Numbered from the stretch's first letter, positions 30,771-41,782 are shown. The stretch: 64,000 nt of DNA from Candidatus Kapaibacterium sp. (GCA_963665665.1 OY762428.1:3776001-3840000); one strand, 5' to 3'. The notes: generated by a model from the letters alone, not told the origin. Program-made: numbers and translations.

Positions 30771-32124
30771 GACCGAGCAAAAAACCAGCCCCTTGCTGAC
30801 CGGGCCAATAGATTCTTCTCTCAGGAAATTTGCTATACCACTTGCAGCAAGTTTCCTGGTGAATATGCTCTATTCCTGGGTAGATACATGGTATGTCAGC
30901 CGTCTGGGGCCTGAAGCTGTTGCGGCAATAGGGATTAGTGAGCAATTGCTGTTTTTTATCTTCACTATTGGTAGTGGATTTGCTATTGGTACGGGTGTTA
31001 TCGTTGCAAGGCGTATTGGCGAAGATAATTTCAAGCAGGCTGAATTAGTTGCCGGCCAGTCAATAGTCGGTATGTTTGTTTTTTCCTTGGGATTGACCTT
31101 GTTTCTATATTGGGGAATTGCTCCGATACTTACTGTTATGGGAGTTGCCGGTAAGGTTCGTGGATTAGCCGATATATACCTTTCCAATGTTGTAATTGGA
31201 ATTTGCGGTAATTTCCTTATGTTTCAGATGAACTCAATCGTCAGGTCTGCCGGTAATTCATTGTTTCCGATGACAATGCTTATTACTTCTGCTATACTAA
31301 ACGCAATTATAGCTCCTTTTCTGATTTTTGGGGTATGGATTTTTCCTGAACTTGGTATGGCAGGGGCCGGGCTGTCCACGGCAATTGCACAATTAACAAC
31401 GGCCATGATAACTTTTTTGATACTTGCGAATAAAGGTGTCAGTATCAGGCCGATCTTCATTGTCAGAGATATGAAGCCTGAATTGTTTCTGAATATTGTT
31501 AAAGTCGGTTTTCCTGCAACAATTCAGTTGTTGAGCGTTAGTGTGAACAGGCTGATTTTGTTTGCTCTGGCAAATAGCTTTGGCACGGCTGTTGTTGCTA
31601 CATATACTCTTGGTCTGAAGATAGACCTCTTTGTGTTTATGTCGATATTTGCAACGGGAACTGCCATAGAAGTAGCTACGGGGCAGAATCTCGGTGCTGG
31701 AAAAATTGACAGGGTTTATAAATATTACTATTCAGGAATCAAACAGATGGCAGTATTGATGGCCATATTTGGCATACTTGTATTTTTCTTTGGCGAATAT
31801 TTTGCAGAAATATTTACGCGAGATCAGGAAATAATTTCAAAAACAGAAAAATATATCAGGATTACCGCCTTTTCATACATACCTTTTGCTATTGGAATAA
31901 TTTCAACCAGAGCCATGAATGGTGCCGGTGATACTAAACGCAGTCTTATTATCGTATTCGGTATTTTGTTTCTTGTTCAATTACCGATTGCGTTTCTATT
32001 AACAAAATCAGGCCTTGCTGGCGAAGAAGGTATATGGTATGCAATTCTAATAAGCCAGATTTGTTTTTCCGGTATCGGGCTCTTGCAGATAAGATTAGGT
32101 AAGTGGCTGAATGTGAAGCTATAG
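30763..32124 (+). CDS. MATE family efflux transporter
   Basis: About 12 TM segments; FAIPL...LYSWVDTWYVSRLG, GMAGAGLST, GQNLGAG. Confidence 0.92.
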   Translation: MSETEQKTSPLLTGPIDSSLRKFAIPLAASFLVNMLYSWVDTWYVSRLGPEAVAAIGISEQLLFFIFTIGSGFAIGTGVIVARRIGEDNFKQAELVAGQSIVGMFVFSLGLTLFLYWGIAPILTVMGVAGKVRGLADIYLSNVVIGICGNFLMFQMNSIVRSAGNSLFPMTMLITSAILNAIIAPFLIFGVWIFPELGMAGAGLSTAIAQLTTAMITFLILANKGVSIRPIFIVRDMKPELFLNIVKVGFPATIQLLSVSVNRLILFALANSFGTAVVATYTLGLKIDLFVFMSIFATGTAIEVATGQNLGAGKIDRVYKYYYSGIKQMAVLMAIFGILVFFFGEYFAEIFTRDQEIISKTEKYIRITAFSYIPFAIGIISTRAMNGAGDTKRSLIIVFGILFLVQLPIAFLLTKSGLAGEEGIWYAILISQICFSGIGLLQIRLGKWLNVKL

Positions 32125-32588
32125 TTAAAATTTAGTTAAAATATTATAATTATTTTTTCAAAATTTAAAGTTCAGAAAAAATACCAAAGCTTTTAAAATA
32201 ATATTTGCATAAATATATGATACTGAAAGGATTATAAACAAACTAAATGTGGAGGCTTAAAAAAATTGAAAAAAAAGTAAAAAAAATTGAAAAAATCCTG
32301 AGACCTTTTTGCAATTAATGTGTCACTAAAATTAGAACAGATCAGCAATTAGGGAAATGAAGCGGTTATTTTCCATAAATTGTTGGGATATATATGAATA
32401 GATTGTTCTGCGAATACTCGAAAAGTTCTTTGAAAACCGGAAATGAATTAAACCTGAAAATTAGAGACAAAAACAGTGCTAATAATAAAATTTTCAACAT
32501 TTTTAGGAAAGTTAATGCGATTTTTTTATTTTAGTTAATTATGGTTTTATGGGATTTTATGTTTACAATATAAATTGTGGTATGAATT

Positions 32589-34280
32589 ATGCAGATTAAC
32601 GGTTCGAAGATTTTAATATTAGGTGGATGGGGCCTTGTTGGCTCGGCAATTTGCCATAAACTTATGGAACATTCGCCTGCACAGCTCATTGTCTCTTCTC
32701 TTAAAAAATCAGAAGCGGAAGATGCTGTTGAGCAGCTAAGGAAAGAATACTCGGATAAAGATCCTAAGATGTTTGTACCTGCTTGGGGAAACATTTTTAC
32801 ACGTGAAGAATGGAAAAATGAAAACTGGTGGAATGTGATTTCAGAGCCAGATTCCCGCAGGGGCGTGGTTGAAGATATTTTCTTCGAGTTGGATGATGAT
32901 GTTCTTAATCGTTCTGCTTTATACAGGATGATTGCAGATCACAAACCTGATGTGGTAATTGACTGTATCAATACAGCCACAGCAATAGCTTACCTTGATA
33001 CTTATAACACAACTCTTGATACTATCAAGAAAATGGATCAGGGAACTCTTGATAATGAAGCAGTTGAAAGATTGATGGCAAGTTCATATATTCCTCAGCT
33101 TATCAGGCACGTACAGATATTTAATAAGGGCCTGAATGATGCAGGAACACAGCTTTACCTGAAAATCGGAACAAGCGGTACTGGCGGAATGGGCATGAAT
33201 ATTCCTTATACTCACAGCGAAGAAAGGCCTTCCAGGGTTCTTCTTTCAAAAACAGCATGTGCCGGTGCACAAAGCCTGCTGTTATTCCTAATGGCCAGGA
33301 CTCCAGGCGGCCCGAAGGTAAAAGAAATCAAACCAACGGCAGCAATTGCATGGAAACGCGTTGCTCACGATAGTGTGAAAAAACACGGACAGCCAATTAA
33401 ACTGGTTGACATGGATTATAGTAATGCTAAACCTGCAGAAGGTAAGTTCGTATTTGACGACTTTAATAATATTGAAGAAACCGGCGGAGTCTATCAGTCG
33501 ATATTTATTGATACTGGTGAAAACGGAATTTTCTCCAAAGCAGAATTCCAGGCAATCAGTTCTCTCGGCCAGATGGAAATTGTTACACCGGAAGAAATAG
33601 CTGAATATGCTGTGTTTGAAATTGCCGGCGGTAACACAGGTAAAGACGTTATGCAGGGACTTGACAGTTTTACTATGGGCCCGACATATCGCGGAGGCCT
33701 GCTAAGAAATACTGCAATGGAAATGCTTAATAAGCTTGAAGAAGAAACCGGAATTGATTCGATAGCATTTGAACTTCTTGGCCCGCCGAGGCTTTCAAAA
33801 CTTCTGTTTGAAGCTTACCTGATAAGAAAAGTTGCTGAAACCATGGAAGATGCTGTTGCTTTCAAACCGGAAGACCTTGCAAATGAGGCAAATAAAATTT
33901 TGAATAGTAATAATAAACTTCGTTCTGAAATGCTTTCTATCGGACTTGTTATTCTTACTCCCGACGGTAAAAATTATCTTAGGGGCAAGGAAGTTAAAAT
34001 ACCTGTTCGCAGAGCCCAGGACGAACTGGATCTTACTCCTGAGAATATTGAACAGTGGTGCTATGAAGGTTGGATAGACCTTAGGCCACAGAACTTTAAA
34101 GCCTGGCAGGACAGGCTGAATGAAATTATGAAACAGGCAAATTCATTACCGGAAGGCGTTACAAGTTCCAGATATACTTATACAAAGGGATACTGGAATA
34201 ATTTTAAAGCCATAGATGAAGGTAAAATTGTTGGCTGGATCTTCGAATTTGAAGATAAAGGCTGGCGATTCAAAAGATAA
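32589..34280 (+). CDS. NAD(P)-binding Rossmann-fold (SDR-like) protein of unknown function
   Basis: N-terminal ILILGGWGLVGSA; VIDCINTAT; long, well-formed ORF. Confidence 0.7.
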   Translation: MQINGSKILILGGWGLVGSAICHKLMEHSPAQLIVSSLKKSEAEDAVEQLRKEYSDKDPKMFVPAWGNIFTREEWKNENWWNVISEPDSRRGVVEDIFFELDDDVLNRSALYRMIADHKPDVVIDCINTATAIAYLDTYNTTLDTIKKMDQGTLDNEAVERLMASSYIPQLIRHVQIFNKGLNDAGTQLYLKIGTSGTGGMGMNIPYTHSEERPSRVLLSKTACAGAQSLLLFLMARTPGGPKVKEIKPTAAIAWKRVAHDSVKKHGQPIKLVDMDYSNAKPAEGKFVFDDFNNIEETGGVYQSIFIDTGENGIFSKAEFQAISSLGQMEIVTPEEIAEYAVFEIAGGNTGKDVMQGLDSFTMGPTYRGGLLRNTAMEMLNKLEEETGIDSIAFELLGPPRLSKLLFEAYLIRKVAETMEDAVAFKPEDLANEANKILNSNNKLRSEMLSIGLVILTPDGKNYLRGKEVKIPVRRAQDELDLTPENIEQWCYEGWIDLRPQNFKAWQDRLNEIMKQANSLPEGVTSSRYTYTKGYWNNFKAIDEGKIVGWIFEFEDKGWRFKR

Positions 34281-34349
34281 TTAACGTAAATGTTGTAAAA
34301 AATAATAATTAAATTGAGTTTTGTACCATATTTTTCTTCGGAGTGCCTT

Positions 34350-37300
34350 ATGAAAAGGTTTTTACTGCTAACTGCACTAATGATTGGACTCCTGATTTCC
34401 GTGACAAATGTTCAGGCATCAGGAAATGACGAAGTGCAGCGCAAATCTCAGATAGCTGAAGGAACATTCCCTGTTCCATTTAGTGAACTGGGTAATGTTA
34501 ACACACCGGAACGTGCAGCTGTATCAACAGGTTACTACTTTGTTGACTCAGATGACGATGCACCGGATTACTGGCGTCCCACACCGGAAATCGTAGATAC
34601 TACGGAAGATCCGACTCTGTGGCGTCGTATCATGGCCGGGCCGCGTATTCTTGTAGGTAATAACGATCCTACACCGCGCGGATATTGGAACGAAAATCCT
34701 GACGAAGGTTTTCGCTTCTTCCGTAACCCTGCCCTACCGAATAACCCGAGCGATACAAGAAACTTCTTTGTTAACGGACCGAATGACGAGGATGTTGAAG
34801 CAAATGCAACTGACTCGACAGACGATGCTATTGCAGGACCGATTCCGATTGGTTTCGGCTTTTACTTCAATGGCCTTCGTTATGATTCATTTTATGTTTC
34901 AACAAACGGTATTATCGGCTTAACAAACAGGCGCTATTTTTATGATTCTGACGGTAACAGGACTATTCCTGCCGGTTCAAATGACTGTTACGACCCAATG
35001 AGTGCTGACTGGTTTGAATATACTGGAAACCGTAGCTATCTTGGCCACTCAGGTAACGGGCTTAATGATGCTATTGATGACGATTATGGTTACAGATATA
35101 TGGTTTGCGGTGGCAATCCTCTTAGCAGGAATGCCGGCCTTCGCAGGCGTCCCGCATCTGCTAACCCCAATGATGCATCACTGACTAATATACCATACAA
35201 AGCAGCAGTTATTGCTCCTTTCTGGGGTGATATGCAGCTTTCACAGTATGATGATGAAAACAACATGATTGATGACTGGGGACGCGTTTATTTCAAACGT
35301 TCTTTCAGTAATGACAAACTTATCATTTATTTCATCAACATTGCTCCTGTTCGTACAAAATATAATCCTCTTGGCCAGGGTTATAATGCTCCTATCGATT
35401 CCAGGCCGGGTATGCAGAATTATACTTCTGCAAATGCTCAGGTAACACTTAACCGCCTTGATTCATCCGTAACAATCGTTTACGAACGTTTCGACGGTAC
35501 TGCTGTTATTTCAGGCCGCGGTTATCCCGCATCTGCAATCTTCCGTGCTTCTACATGTTCTGGTGTTCGCAGTTTTGCACGCCACGTTGATTACGGCACA
35601 GAAGACGGCCCATCATATCCATGGGGCGGTGAGTACGAATCTTGTACACATTATTGCAACAACTTGCTGAATCCTTCAGTACAGTTCCCGCATAACTATC
35701 TAGCTATCAAATTCAAACAGTGGAAAAATACTCTTCGCGTGGTTGATATTCAGTACCGCGTAAGGCAGCAGGATCCTGAAGCAGGTCTCGACTTTGCTCC
35801 TCAGGGTTGCAGCGACTGTATCATTCCTTCCAGTGAAGTAAATAACTATGAGTTGCTCGCCGGTGAACCAAACATTGGTGCTGTTCAGCCTGTAGCTATT
35901 ATACAGAACCTTTCTAATGAAATTCAGGGTCCTAACGGCGTAAACTTCCAGCCTCAGGAACTTAATTTCCGTGCTCGTTTCAGGATTGTGAATATGGCTA
36001 CAGGTATGATCGTTTATAACCGTCTGGTTCCGATCGATTCTACATGCCTTGACCTTCCTGATTCACTTACACAGGACTGTACTGGCGATCCTTATGTTAA
36101 GGTTCGTTACGTAACTGTTACTAAGAGTGGACAGGACTACGAAGCTGAAGAAACTGATCCTATCCTTCCATATAAGAGGCCGGGTCAGAAATATAATGGT
36201 ATCAAACCTTACGGTTTCGTACAGGTGTACTTCCCGCCGTTTGAACCAAACGAATTCCTTGAAAACCATATTGGACGTCTTCGTGCATTTATCATTGCCG
36301 ATCCAACCAACCCGAGAACCGGTGAAGGTTATGGCGACGAATGGCCGTTTGATGATACAACATTCGTTAATCTTTTTGTAATGAGAAGACTTGAATCATT
36401 TAATGATGATGTTAACGAATTCCACCTGATCGAACAGGCTGCTATGCCTTCTGTTCTTAAATGGGTAAATATCGAAGCTGAAGTTTCAGCTGGTGAGGAC
36501 CTTTCACATTATCCGCTTCCTCCAAGGGGTGAATATGCTGCAAGGAACAACGAAGATTATACTCTTAAATCACCTGTTATCCGTATGAACAGGAAATTCC
36601 TAAATGGTTTTGATCCTTCAACAGGCGGAACTGATTATAAAGGTGATGAAATCAGGTCATTCCCGATTGATATGCGTGGTAAATACGGAGCTGTTCTTTC
36701 AGTTTCATTCCAGAGAACTCTTAAAGCTGATGATTGGCCCAGAGGCTGGTCAGACCAGACACTTATTGGCCCGGAACCCCGTACATTCGTAAACGGTGAC
36801 CTGATGTCACAGTTTGGTAAAGAATATATGGGTACAGCTTACTCCTATGCAGCAGCCGGATCACAGAATCCTGACTGGATAGAAGTACAGCTTATGCAGC
36901 CCAGCCCGGACGGTGTTGCATTTATAACTAATGTTGAAGATAAAAGGTGGCAGCAGCACCCGCGTCGCGGTGGCCTAAAACCTATTACTAACATGCCGGC
37001 ATACAAACTTTGGGGTTCTAACGGTTATTCAGTTGGTTTCTTAGAATCAGATCGTGATTCTTCACTCGAGCCAGTAGATTATCCTAATCGTAATGGTTTC
37101 CGCCCGAACATGTATGACGACGGTATTGATTATGAATTCCAGAAAGCATTTATTGCCATTCCTGATACATTTATCAGGTCTGAAAACGAAGGCGCTAAGA
37201 ACTTCCGCTTCAGGATCAGGGTTCGTGCATCAATGGACCGCAAGTGTATGACTTGTATTCCTGATGACGATGATCCGTTCCTCGTTGATAACGTGAAGAT

Positions 37301-39179
37301 ACTTATGCCTGACGAGATCACTGACCTTGAAGTAACATCTGTTAAGATCAGGTGGCCTTATACTATAGCTCCTGCCAGCCAGGCAACAGCTGTACCGATT
37401 ATGGTTAAAGTATCGAATAATACAAATATCCAGGCACCTTCCTGCTGGGTTAAAGTAAAAATCTTCAAAGGCAAAGTTGATTTCAGAGATACTACAGGCG
37501 GAACAAATGCTCCTGCTCATCCTTGGAATGCTATTTATTGCCGTACAATTTCTATTCCTCAGATCCCTTCACGCCACGTTCAGGAAATACTCATGCCTTC
37601 ATGGAATGCACGCCTGACAGGCCCCGGTGATTACACTCTCGTGACAAATATTCACGTTCCCGGTGGCGATCTTGAAGAAAAGAACGATACAACATATTCC
37701 TATGTAAATCTCAGGTTCGGCGATGTATTTGCTTACGATCCTGTTGACAACCCGAGAAATGATGTTCCCGACCAGGCATTTACAGGTACTATGGGACGCG
37801 GACTTAACCTCTTTGGCGCTGCTTATGGCGGTGTTGGTAATGTAAGAGGCTGGACAAACAGTTCCTATAATTCCCAGCATGCAGCAGGTGCTGTAGGTGG
37901 TAGCGGATCAGGCCAGATAGCAGTGAAATTTGAACTTACAAATGCTGATACTGTTTATGGATATAAAGCATACTTCGGCATCCTGAATGCTGCTCTTGAT
38001 GATATCGTACTTTCAATCTATACAGATATGGCAGGAAATCAGCCTGGTGAACTTATTCAGGCATCACGTATCTACAGGGCTCGTACCTGGGATGATATTG
38101 AAGACGAACAGATCCTTGAAGAATACATGACTTATGTAATGCCTTCACCAATCGTACTTCCTGCAGGTACTTATTGGGCAGTGATTGGCCAGCTTGGTGA
38201 AACAGGTATCGAGCTTGGTGCATCAAAAGCCAGGATGGGTATGAGAACAACAAACGTTTATATTCCTCCACTGGTAACTATGACTAATGCAATTGGTGGT
38301 TCAGGTATTTCTCTGATGATCGAAAAGAACTTCAGGAAAGAATCGAATTCAGGTAATAACCTGATCAATAATAACTTCTTTGCATTTGAAAATACTTATA
38401 CAAGCGGTACATGGAATCAGTTTATGCCGACTGTTGGTAATCCTGCTTATGCTCACCTTGGCCACTATGGTAGTGTTGATGGCGGTGCTACACATACACT
38501 TTCACGCGGTGGTTGGATTCCGATGTTCAGGCCATACCTTGGTATGCGTTCATACAGCAACGACCAGACTAAGAGGCCTTGCCCTGATGACGTTCCTGTT
38601 GAACTGACAATGTTTGACGGTTTCGCACGCGAAAACGGTATCGACCTTGTATGGGAAACTGCTTCAGAAATTGACAACTATGGCTTCTATATTGAAAGAA
38701 GAAATTCAGGCGACGAAGAATGGAACCAGATTGGTTTTGTTAAAGGCGCAGGTAACTCCAGCGTTACAAACAGCTACAAATTCTTCGACGGTGAAGTTGT
38801 ACTTAACAACACATACCAGTATCGTTTGAACCAGGTTGATAATGATGGCTCAATGGGTTGTAATTCTTCTGATATTATCACAGTTAAATTTGATAAAGTT
38901 GGAACAATCACACTTCAGGATAACTATCCTAACCCGTTCAGCAGCACAACTAACATAGCGTTCAACCTTCCTGCACCAATGAATGTAAAACTTGAAGTAC
39001 TTGATGTTTATGGCAATGTGATCAATACAATTGCTAATGATAACCTCACAGCTACACAGCATGTTTACAACTGGGACGGAAGAGACATGAGCGGCGCTAA
39101 AGTTGCAAATGGAACTTACATCTTCAGGTTAACTGCAGATGGCAAAGTATTCTCAGGTAAGATGACACTTATCAAATAA
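34350..39179 (+). CDS. Very large secreted protein: NIDO-like domain, CARDB-like segments, T9SS/FlgD-type C-terminal domain
   Basis: Signal peptide from ATG 34350; DDAIAGPIPIGFGFYFNG..YDSFYVSTNG...IAPFWGD; PVELTMF...WETASEIDNYGFYIER; NYPNPF...WDGRD..G..VANGTYIFRL. Confidence 0.85.
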   Translation: MKRFLLLTALMIGLLISVTNVQASGNDEVQRKSQIAEGTFPVPFSELGNVNTPERAAVSTGYYFVDSDDDAPDYWRPTPEIVDTTEDPTLWRRIMAGPRILVGNNDPTPRGYWNENPDEGFRFFRNPALPNNPSDTRNFFVNGPNDEDVEANATDSTDDAIAGPIPIGFGFYFNGLRYDSFYVSTNGIIGLTNRRYFYDSDGNRTIPAGSNDCYDPMSADWFEYTGNRSYLGHSGNGLNDAIDDDYGYRYMVCGGNPLSRNAGLRRRPASANPNDASLTNIPYKAAVIAPFWGDMQLSQYDDENNMIDDWGRVYFKRSFSNDKLIIYFINIAPVRTKYNPLGQGYNAPIDSRPGMQNYTSANAQVTLNRLDSSVTIVYERFDGTAVISGRGYPASAIFRASTCSGVRSFARHVDYGTEDGPSYPWGGEYESCTHYCNNLLNPSVQFPHNYLAIKFKQWKNTLRVVDIQYRVRQQDPEAGLDFAPQGCSDCIIPSSEVNNYELLAGEPNIGAVQPVAIIQNLSNEIQGPNGVNFQPQELNFRARFRIVNMATGMIVYNRLVPIDSTCLDLPDSLTQDCTGDPYVKVRYVTVTKSGQDYEAEETDPILPYKRPGQKYNGIKPYGFVQVYFPPFEPNEFLENHIGRLRAFIIADPTNPRTGEGYGDEWPFDDTTFVNLFVMRRLESFNDDVNEFHLIEQAAMPSVLKWVNIEAEVSAGEDLSHYPLPPRGEYAARNNEDYTLKSPVIRMNRKFLNGFDPSTGGTDYKGDEIRSFPIDMRGKYGAVLSVSFQRTLKADDWPRGWSDQTLIGPEPRTFVNGDLMSQFGKEYMGTAYSYAAAGSQNPDWIEVQLMQPSPDGVAFITNVEDKRWQQHPRRGGLKPITNMPAYKLWGSNGYSVGFLESDRDSSLEPVDYPNRNGFRPNMYDDGIDYEFQKAFIAIPDTFIRSENEGAKNFRFRIRVRASMDRKCMTCIPDDDDPFLVDNVKILMPDEITDLEVTSVKIRWPYTIAPASQATAVPIMVKVSNNTNIQAPSCWVKVKIFKGKVDFRDTTGGTNAPAHPWNAIYCRTISIPQIPSRHVQEILMPSWNARLTGPGDYTLVTNIHVPGGDLEEKNDTTYSYVNLRFGDVFAYDPVDNPRNDVPDQAFTGTMGRGLNLFGAAYGGVGNVRGWTNSSYNSQHAAGAVGGSGSGQIAVKFELTNADTVYGYKAYFGILNAALDDIVLSIYTDMAGNQPGELIQASRIYRARTWDDIEDEQILEEYMTYVMPSPIVLPAGTYWAVIGQLGETGIELGASKARMGMRTTNVYIPPLVTMTNAIGGSGISLMIEKNFRKESNSGNNLINNNFFAFENTYTSGTWNQFMPTVGNPAYAHLGHYGSVDGGATHTLSRGGWIPMFRPYLGMRSYSNDQTKRPCPDDVPVELTMFDGFARENGIDLVWETASEIDNYGFYIERRNSGDEEWNQIGFVKGAGNSSVTNSYKFFDGEVVLNNTYQYRLNQVDNDGSMGCNSSDIITVKFDKVGTITLQDNYPNPFSSTTNIAFNLPAPMNVKLEVLDVYGNVINTIANDNLTATQHVYNWDGRDMSGAKVANGTYIFRLTADGKVFSGKMTLIK

Positions 39180-39201
39180 TATGTAAGTGAAAATCTTTGA
39201 T

Positions 39202-39240
39202 AAAAGCTCCTGGCTGAGGTCAGGAGCTTTTATTTTTTTA
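39202..39240 (+). terminator. Intrinsic terminator
   Basis: aaaagctcctggc-tgag-gtcaggagctttt followed by a T-run. Confidence 0.85.
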
Positions 39241-39299
39241 TTTGCCGTAAATTAAAATTTGTCGTAGATTGAAATAATGTAAAACACAAGGATTTTGAT

Positions 39300-39644
39300 A
39301 TGGCAGAATCAATCTTTACAAAGATAATCAACAGAGAAATTCCTGCTGAAATAGTATACGAAACAGAGGATTTGATAGCATTTGATGATATAAGCCCACA
39401 GGCACCTCATCATGTGCTTGTAGTGCCTAAAAAACCTATTCCTACAATAAATGACATGGAAGAAGCAGATGCGGAATTAATTGGAAAGTTATTTATCGCT
39501 GCAAAAAAAATTGCCAGCGAAAGGGGAATAGCTGAAAAAGGATACAGAATGGTAATTAATTGCAATGCTGATGCACAGCAGACTGTCTTTCATATTCATT
39601 TACATGTAATAGGCGGAAGAAAATTTACATGGCCCCCCGGATAA
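39300..39644 (+). CDS. Histidine triad (HIT/Hint) nucleotide-binding protein
   Basis: SIFTKIINREIP, QTVFHIHLHVIGGR. Confidence 0.95.
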   Translation: MAESIFTKIINREIPAEIVYETEDLIAFDDISPQAPHHVLVVPKKPIPTINDMEEADAELIGKLFIAAKKIASERGIAEKGYRMVINCNADAQQTVFHIHLHVIGGRKFTWPPG

Positions 39645-39718
39645 TGATGTTTGTATTTTAAAATAATTTTATCAAAGAATGTAATCAGTTTTTTACAATT
39701 TTTATATAGTTTGGAAAA

Positions 39719-40690
39719 ATGGATATTGAAGAGTTAAAAGAAGAGGCAAAAAGAGTTATTCGTGTGGAGATAGATTCCATGAATGAGACAATGAAAGCCG
39801 TTGATGAAAAATTTTCATTGGCAGTGAAGATGATATGTTCATCCCAAAGGCTCGTTATCAGCGGTGTTGGTAAATCAGGAATGATTGCAAAAAAGATAGC
39901 TGCTACATTTTCCAGTATTGGAATATCTGCATTTTTCATGCATCCGGTTGATGCACTTCACGGGGATCTTGGAATGGTGCAGGACGGTGATACTGCAATA
40001 TTACTTTCTAAAAGTGGTAGTACCGAAGATATTGTCAGGCTTATTCCATACCTGAAGGGCAGGGGAGCCGGAATTATTTCCATTGTCAGCGATCTGGAAT
40101 CTGTATTATCAAGACAATCGGATATTAATCTTTATGCAAAGATAACAGAAGAGGCATGTCCTTTTAATCTGGCTCCGACATCAAGTACGGTAGCTGCTTT
40201 AGCTATCGGCGATGCCCTTGCTATTGCATCAATGAAATATAATAAATTTACCCTTGAGGATTTCTCAAGACTGCATCCTCTTGGCCAGATAGGTAGAAAT
40301 ATTACTCTTCATGTAGCCGATATTATGCATACGGGTGAGAATCTTCCAATTCTGAAGAAGGGCGGATTGTTTCGTGATGCCATTATTGAAATTACTAATA
40401 AAAAGCTTGGATGTGTTTGTATAAATGACGATCGGGGAAATTTAACGGGAATAATAACCGATGGTGATGTTCGAAGGGCACTTCAGAAATATCCTGAGAT
40501 CAATGGCCTTAGGGTAGAAGATGTAATGACTCAAAATCCGGTTTGTGTTCAACCTGATGCATTTTTAAGCGAGGCGCTGGCGGTTATGGAACAACGTCAA
40601 AGCCAGATAAATGTTCTGCCTGTTAAAGATGAAAATGGAATTGTTACCGGTATTATCAGGCTACACGATATTATTCGAAGCGGACTGTAG
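39719..40690 (+). CDS. kdsD: Arabinose-5-phosphate isomerase (KpsF/GutQ family; SIS plus CBS domains)
   Basis: SGVGKSG, HPVDALHGDLG, EACPFNLAPTSS, HPLG, GIITDGDVRR. Confidence 0.93.
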   Translation: MDIEELKEEAKRVIRVEIDSMNETMKAVDEKFSLAVKMICSSQRLVISGVGKSGMIAKKIAATFSSIGISAFFMHPVDALHGDLGMVQDGDTAILLSKSGSTEDIVRLIPYLKGRGAGIISIVSDLESVLSRQSDINLYAKITEEACPFNLAPTSSTVAALAIGDALAIASMKYNKFTLEDFSRLHPLGQIGRNITLHVADIMHTGENLPILKKGGLFRDAIIEITNKKLGCVCINDDRGNLTGIITDGDVRRALQKYPEINGLRVEDVMTQNPVCVQPDAFLSEALAVMEQRQSQINVLPVKDENGIVTGIIRLHDIIRSGL

Positions 40691-40695
40691 ATTTT

Positions 40696-41631
40696 TTATT
40701 GATGGTTTGATAATTCTTTTTTTTCGGTACGTTTTTGTGTGTTTCTACGCATAAGATTATCAGGATTAACAGGAGTTATATCAATAGTTTTGGGTTTGTC
40801 TTCTTTTTGGGGTTTCTTGTATCTTCTTTTATTGCCATTCGGGTTTTTATTCCATGGCACGGAAGAATTTTCAACTTTATCAGCCGTGATTTTTACGTTC
40901 CTTACTACCGATCCTTTGCTGCCGAATGGCTCGAGAAGTTGTCCGTTTCGAGTAAATTGTACTGCACCGACGTTACCTACTCCAATTATGAAAAAATCTT
41001 TTGCAGCCCATCGCCTGGACATCCCGTTATACATCAGGAACTGGTCGCTTGATTTTCCGTCTATTTCAATCCTGATCCATGCTGTATCTGTTGCTGATGC
41101 TTCCAATATCAGGCTGTCAGGTTTTTCAAACCAGGACAGAAGGTTGTTTTTATTGTCAATAACAGCTGTGTCCGGAGTATCGGTGAAATTAATATCATTG
41201 TCATTGGCAGAATTTTCTTCTCTTGTAAAAAGTGCAAAATACAACAGGGCAAATAATGCAATTGCCATAGTTGAATAGATAATATAATTTATTATTGTTT
41301 TTTGTGAGTATTTAGCAATCTTTTCCTTTTTTCTCAAGTCGCCATAAGGTGATTCAACAATATTATTACTCGATTTTTTTGTTGATCTGAAATCCTTCAT
41401 TTTCGAGTTAAAAATATTTATCATTTCAGTAATTTCTTCTTCGCCGAAATGAAGGAAAATTGCGTATGTTTTTATAAATGATTTTGCATAAACACCGGGC
41501 AATACATTAAACTCATCATTTTCAATCGATGATATGAATTGTGGCCTGATTTTAGTTTTATCGCTGACCTGCTTAATGGTCAGACCGCTTTCTTCGCGGC
41601 TTTGCCGAAGTGTCTGCCCGATTGATTCCAT
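40696..41631 (-). CDS. rodZ: RodZ-like protein (HTH, TM, DUF4115)
   Basis: SIGQTLRQSRE...KTKIR...IEND.F..LPGVYAKSFIKTYA; TM helix; AWIRIEIDG...GNVGAV. Confidence 0.85.
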   Translation of the reverse strand: MESIGQTLRQSREESGLTIKQVSDKTKIRPQFISSIENDEFNVLPGVYAKSFIKTYAIFLHFGEEEITEMINIFNSKMKDFRSTKKSSNNIVESPYGDLRKKEKIAKYSQKTIINYIIYSTMAIALFALLYFALFTREENSANDNDINFTDTPDTAVIDNKNNLLSWFEKPDSLILEASATDTAWIRIEIDGKSSDQFLMYNGMSRRWAAKDFFIIGVGNVGAVQFTRNGQLLEPFGSKGSVVRNVKITADKVENSSVPWNKNPNGNKRRYKKPQKEDKPKTIDITPVNPDNLMRRNTQKRTEKKELSNHQ

Positions 41632-41726
41632 AGCGCCGTAATCTTTAATAAAAGATGTACAAAAATAGCTAATATCCTGTGATTATAATAATCCAAAATT
41701 AATTAAAAAGGATATAAAACCGCTCT

Positions 41727-41782
41727 TAATGCAATATTAATATAATTTAATATAAAATTCAAGTAATATTAATATTGCATTA
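41727..41782. promoter_or_regulatory. 17-bp perfect inverted repeat in a divergent promoter region
   Basis: taatgcaatattaatat-N22-atattaatattgcatta. Confidence 0.55.
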
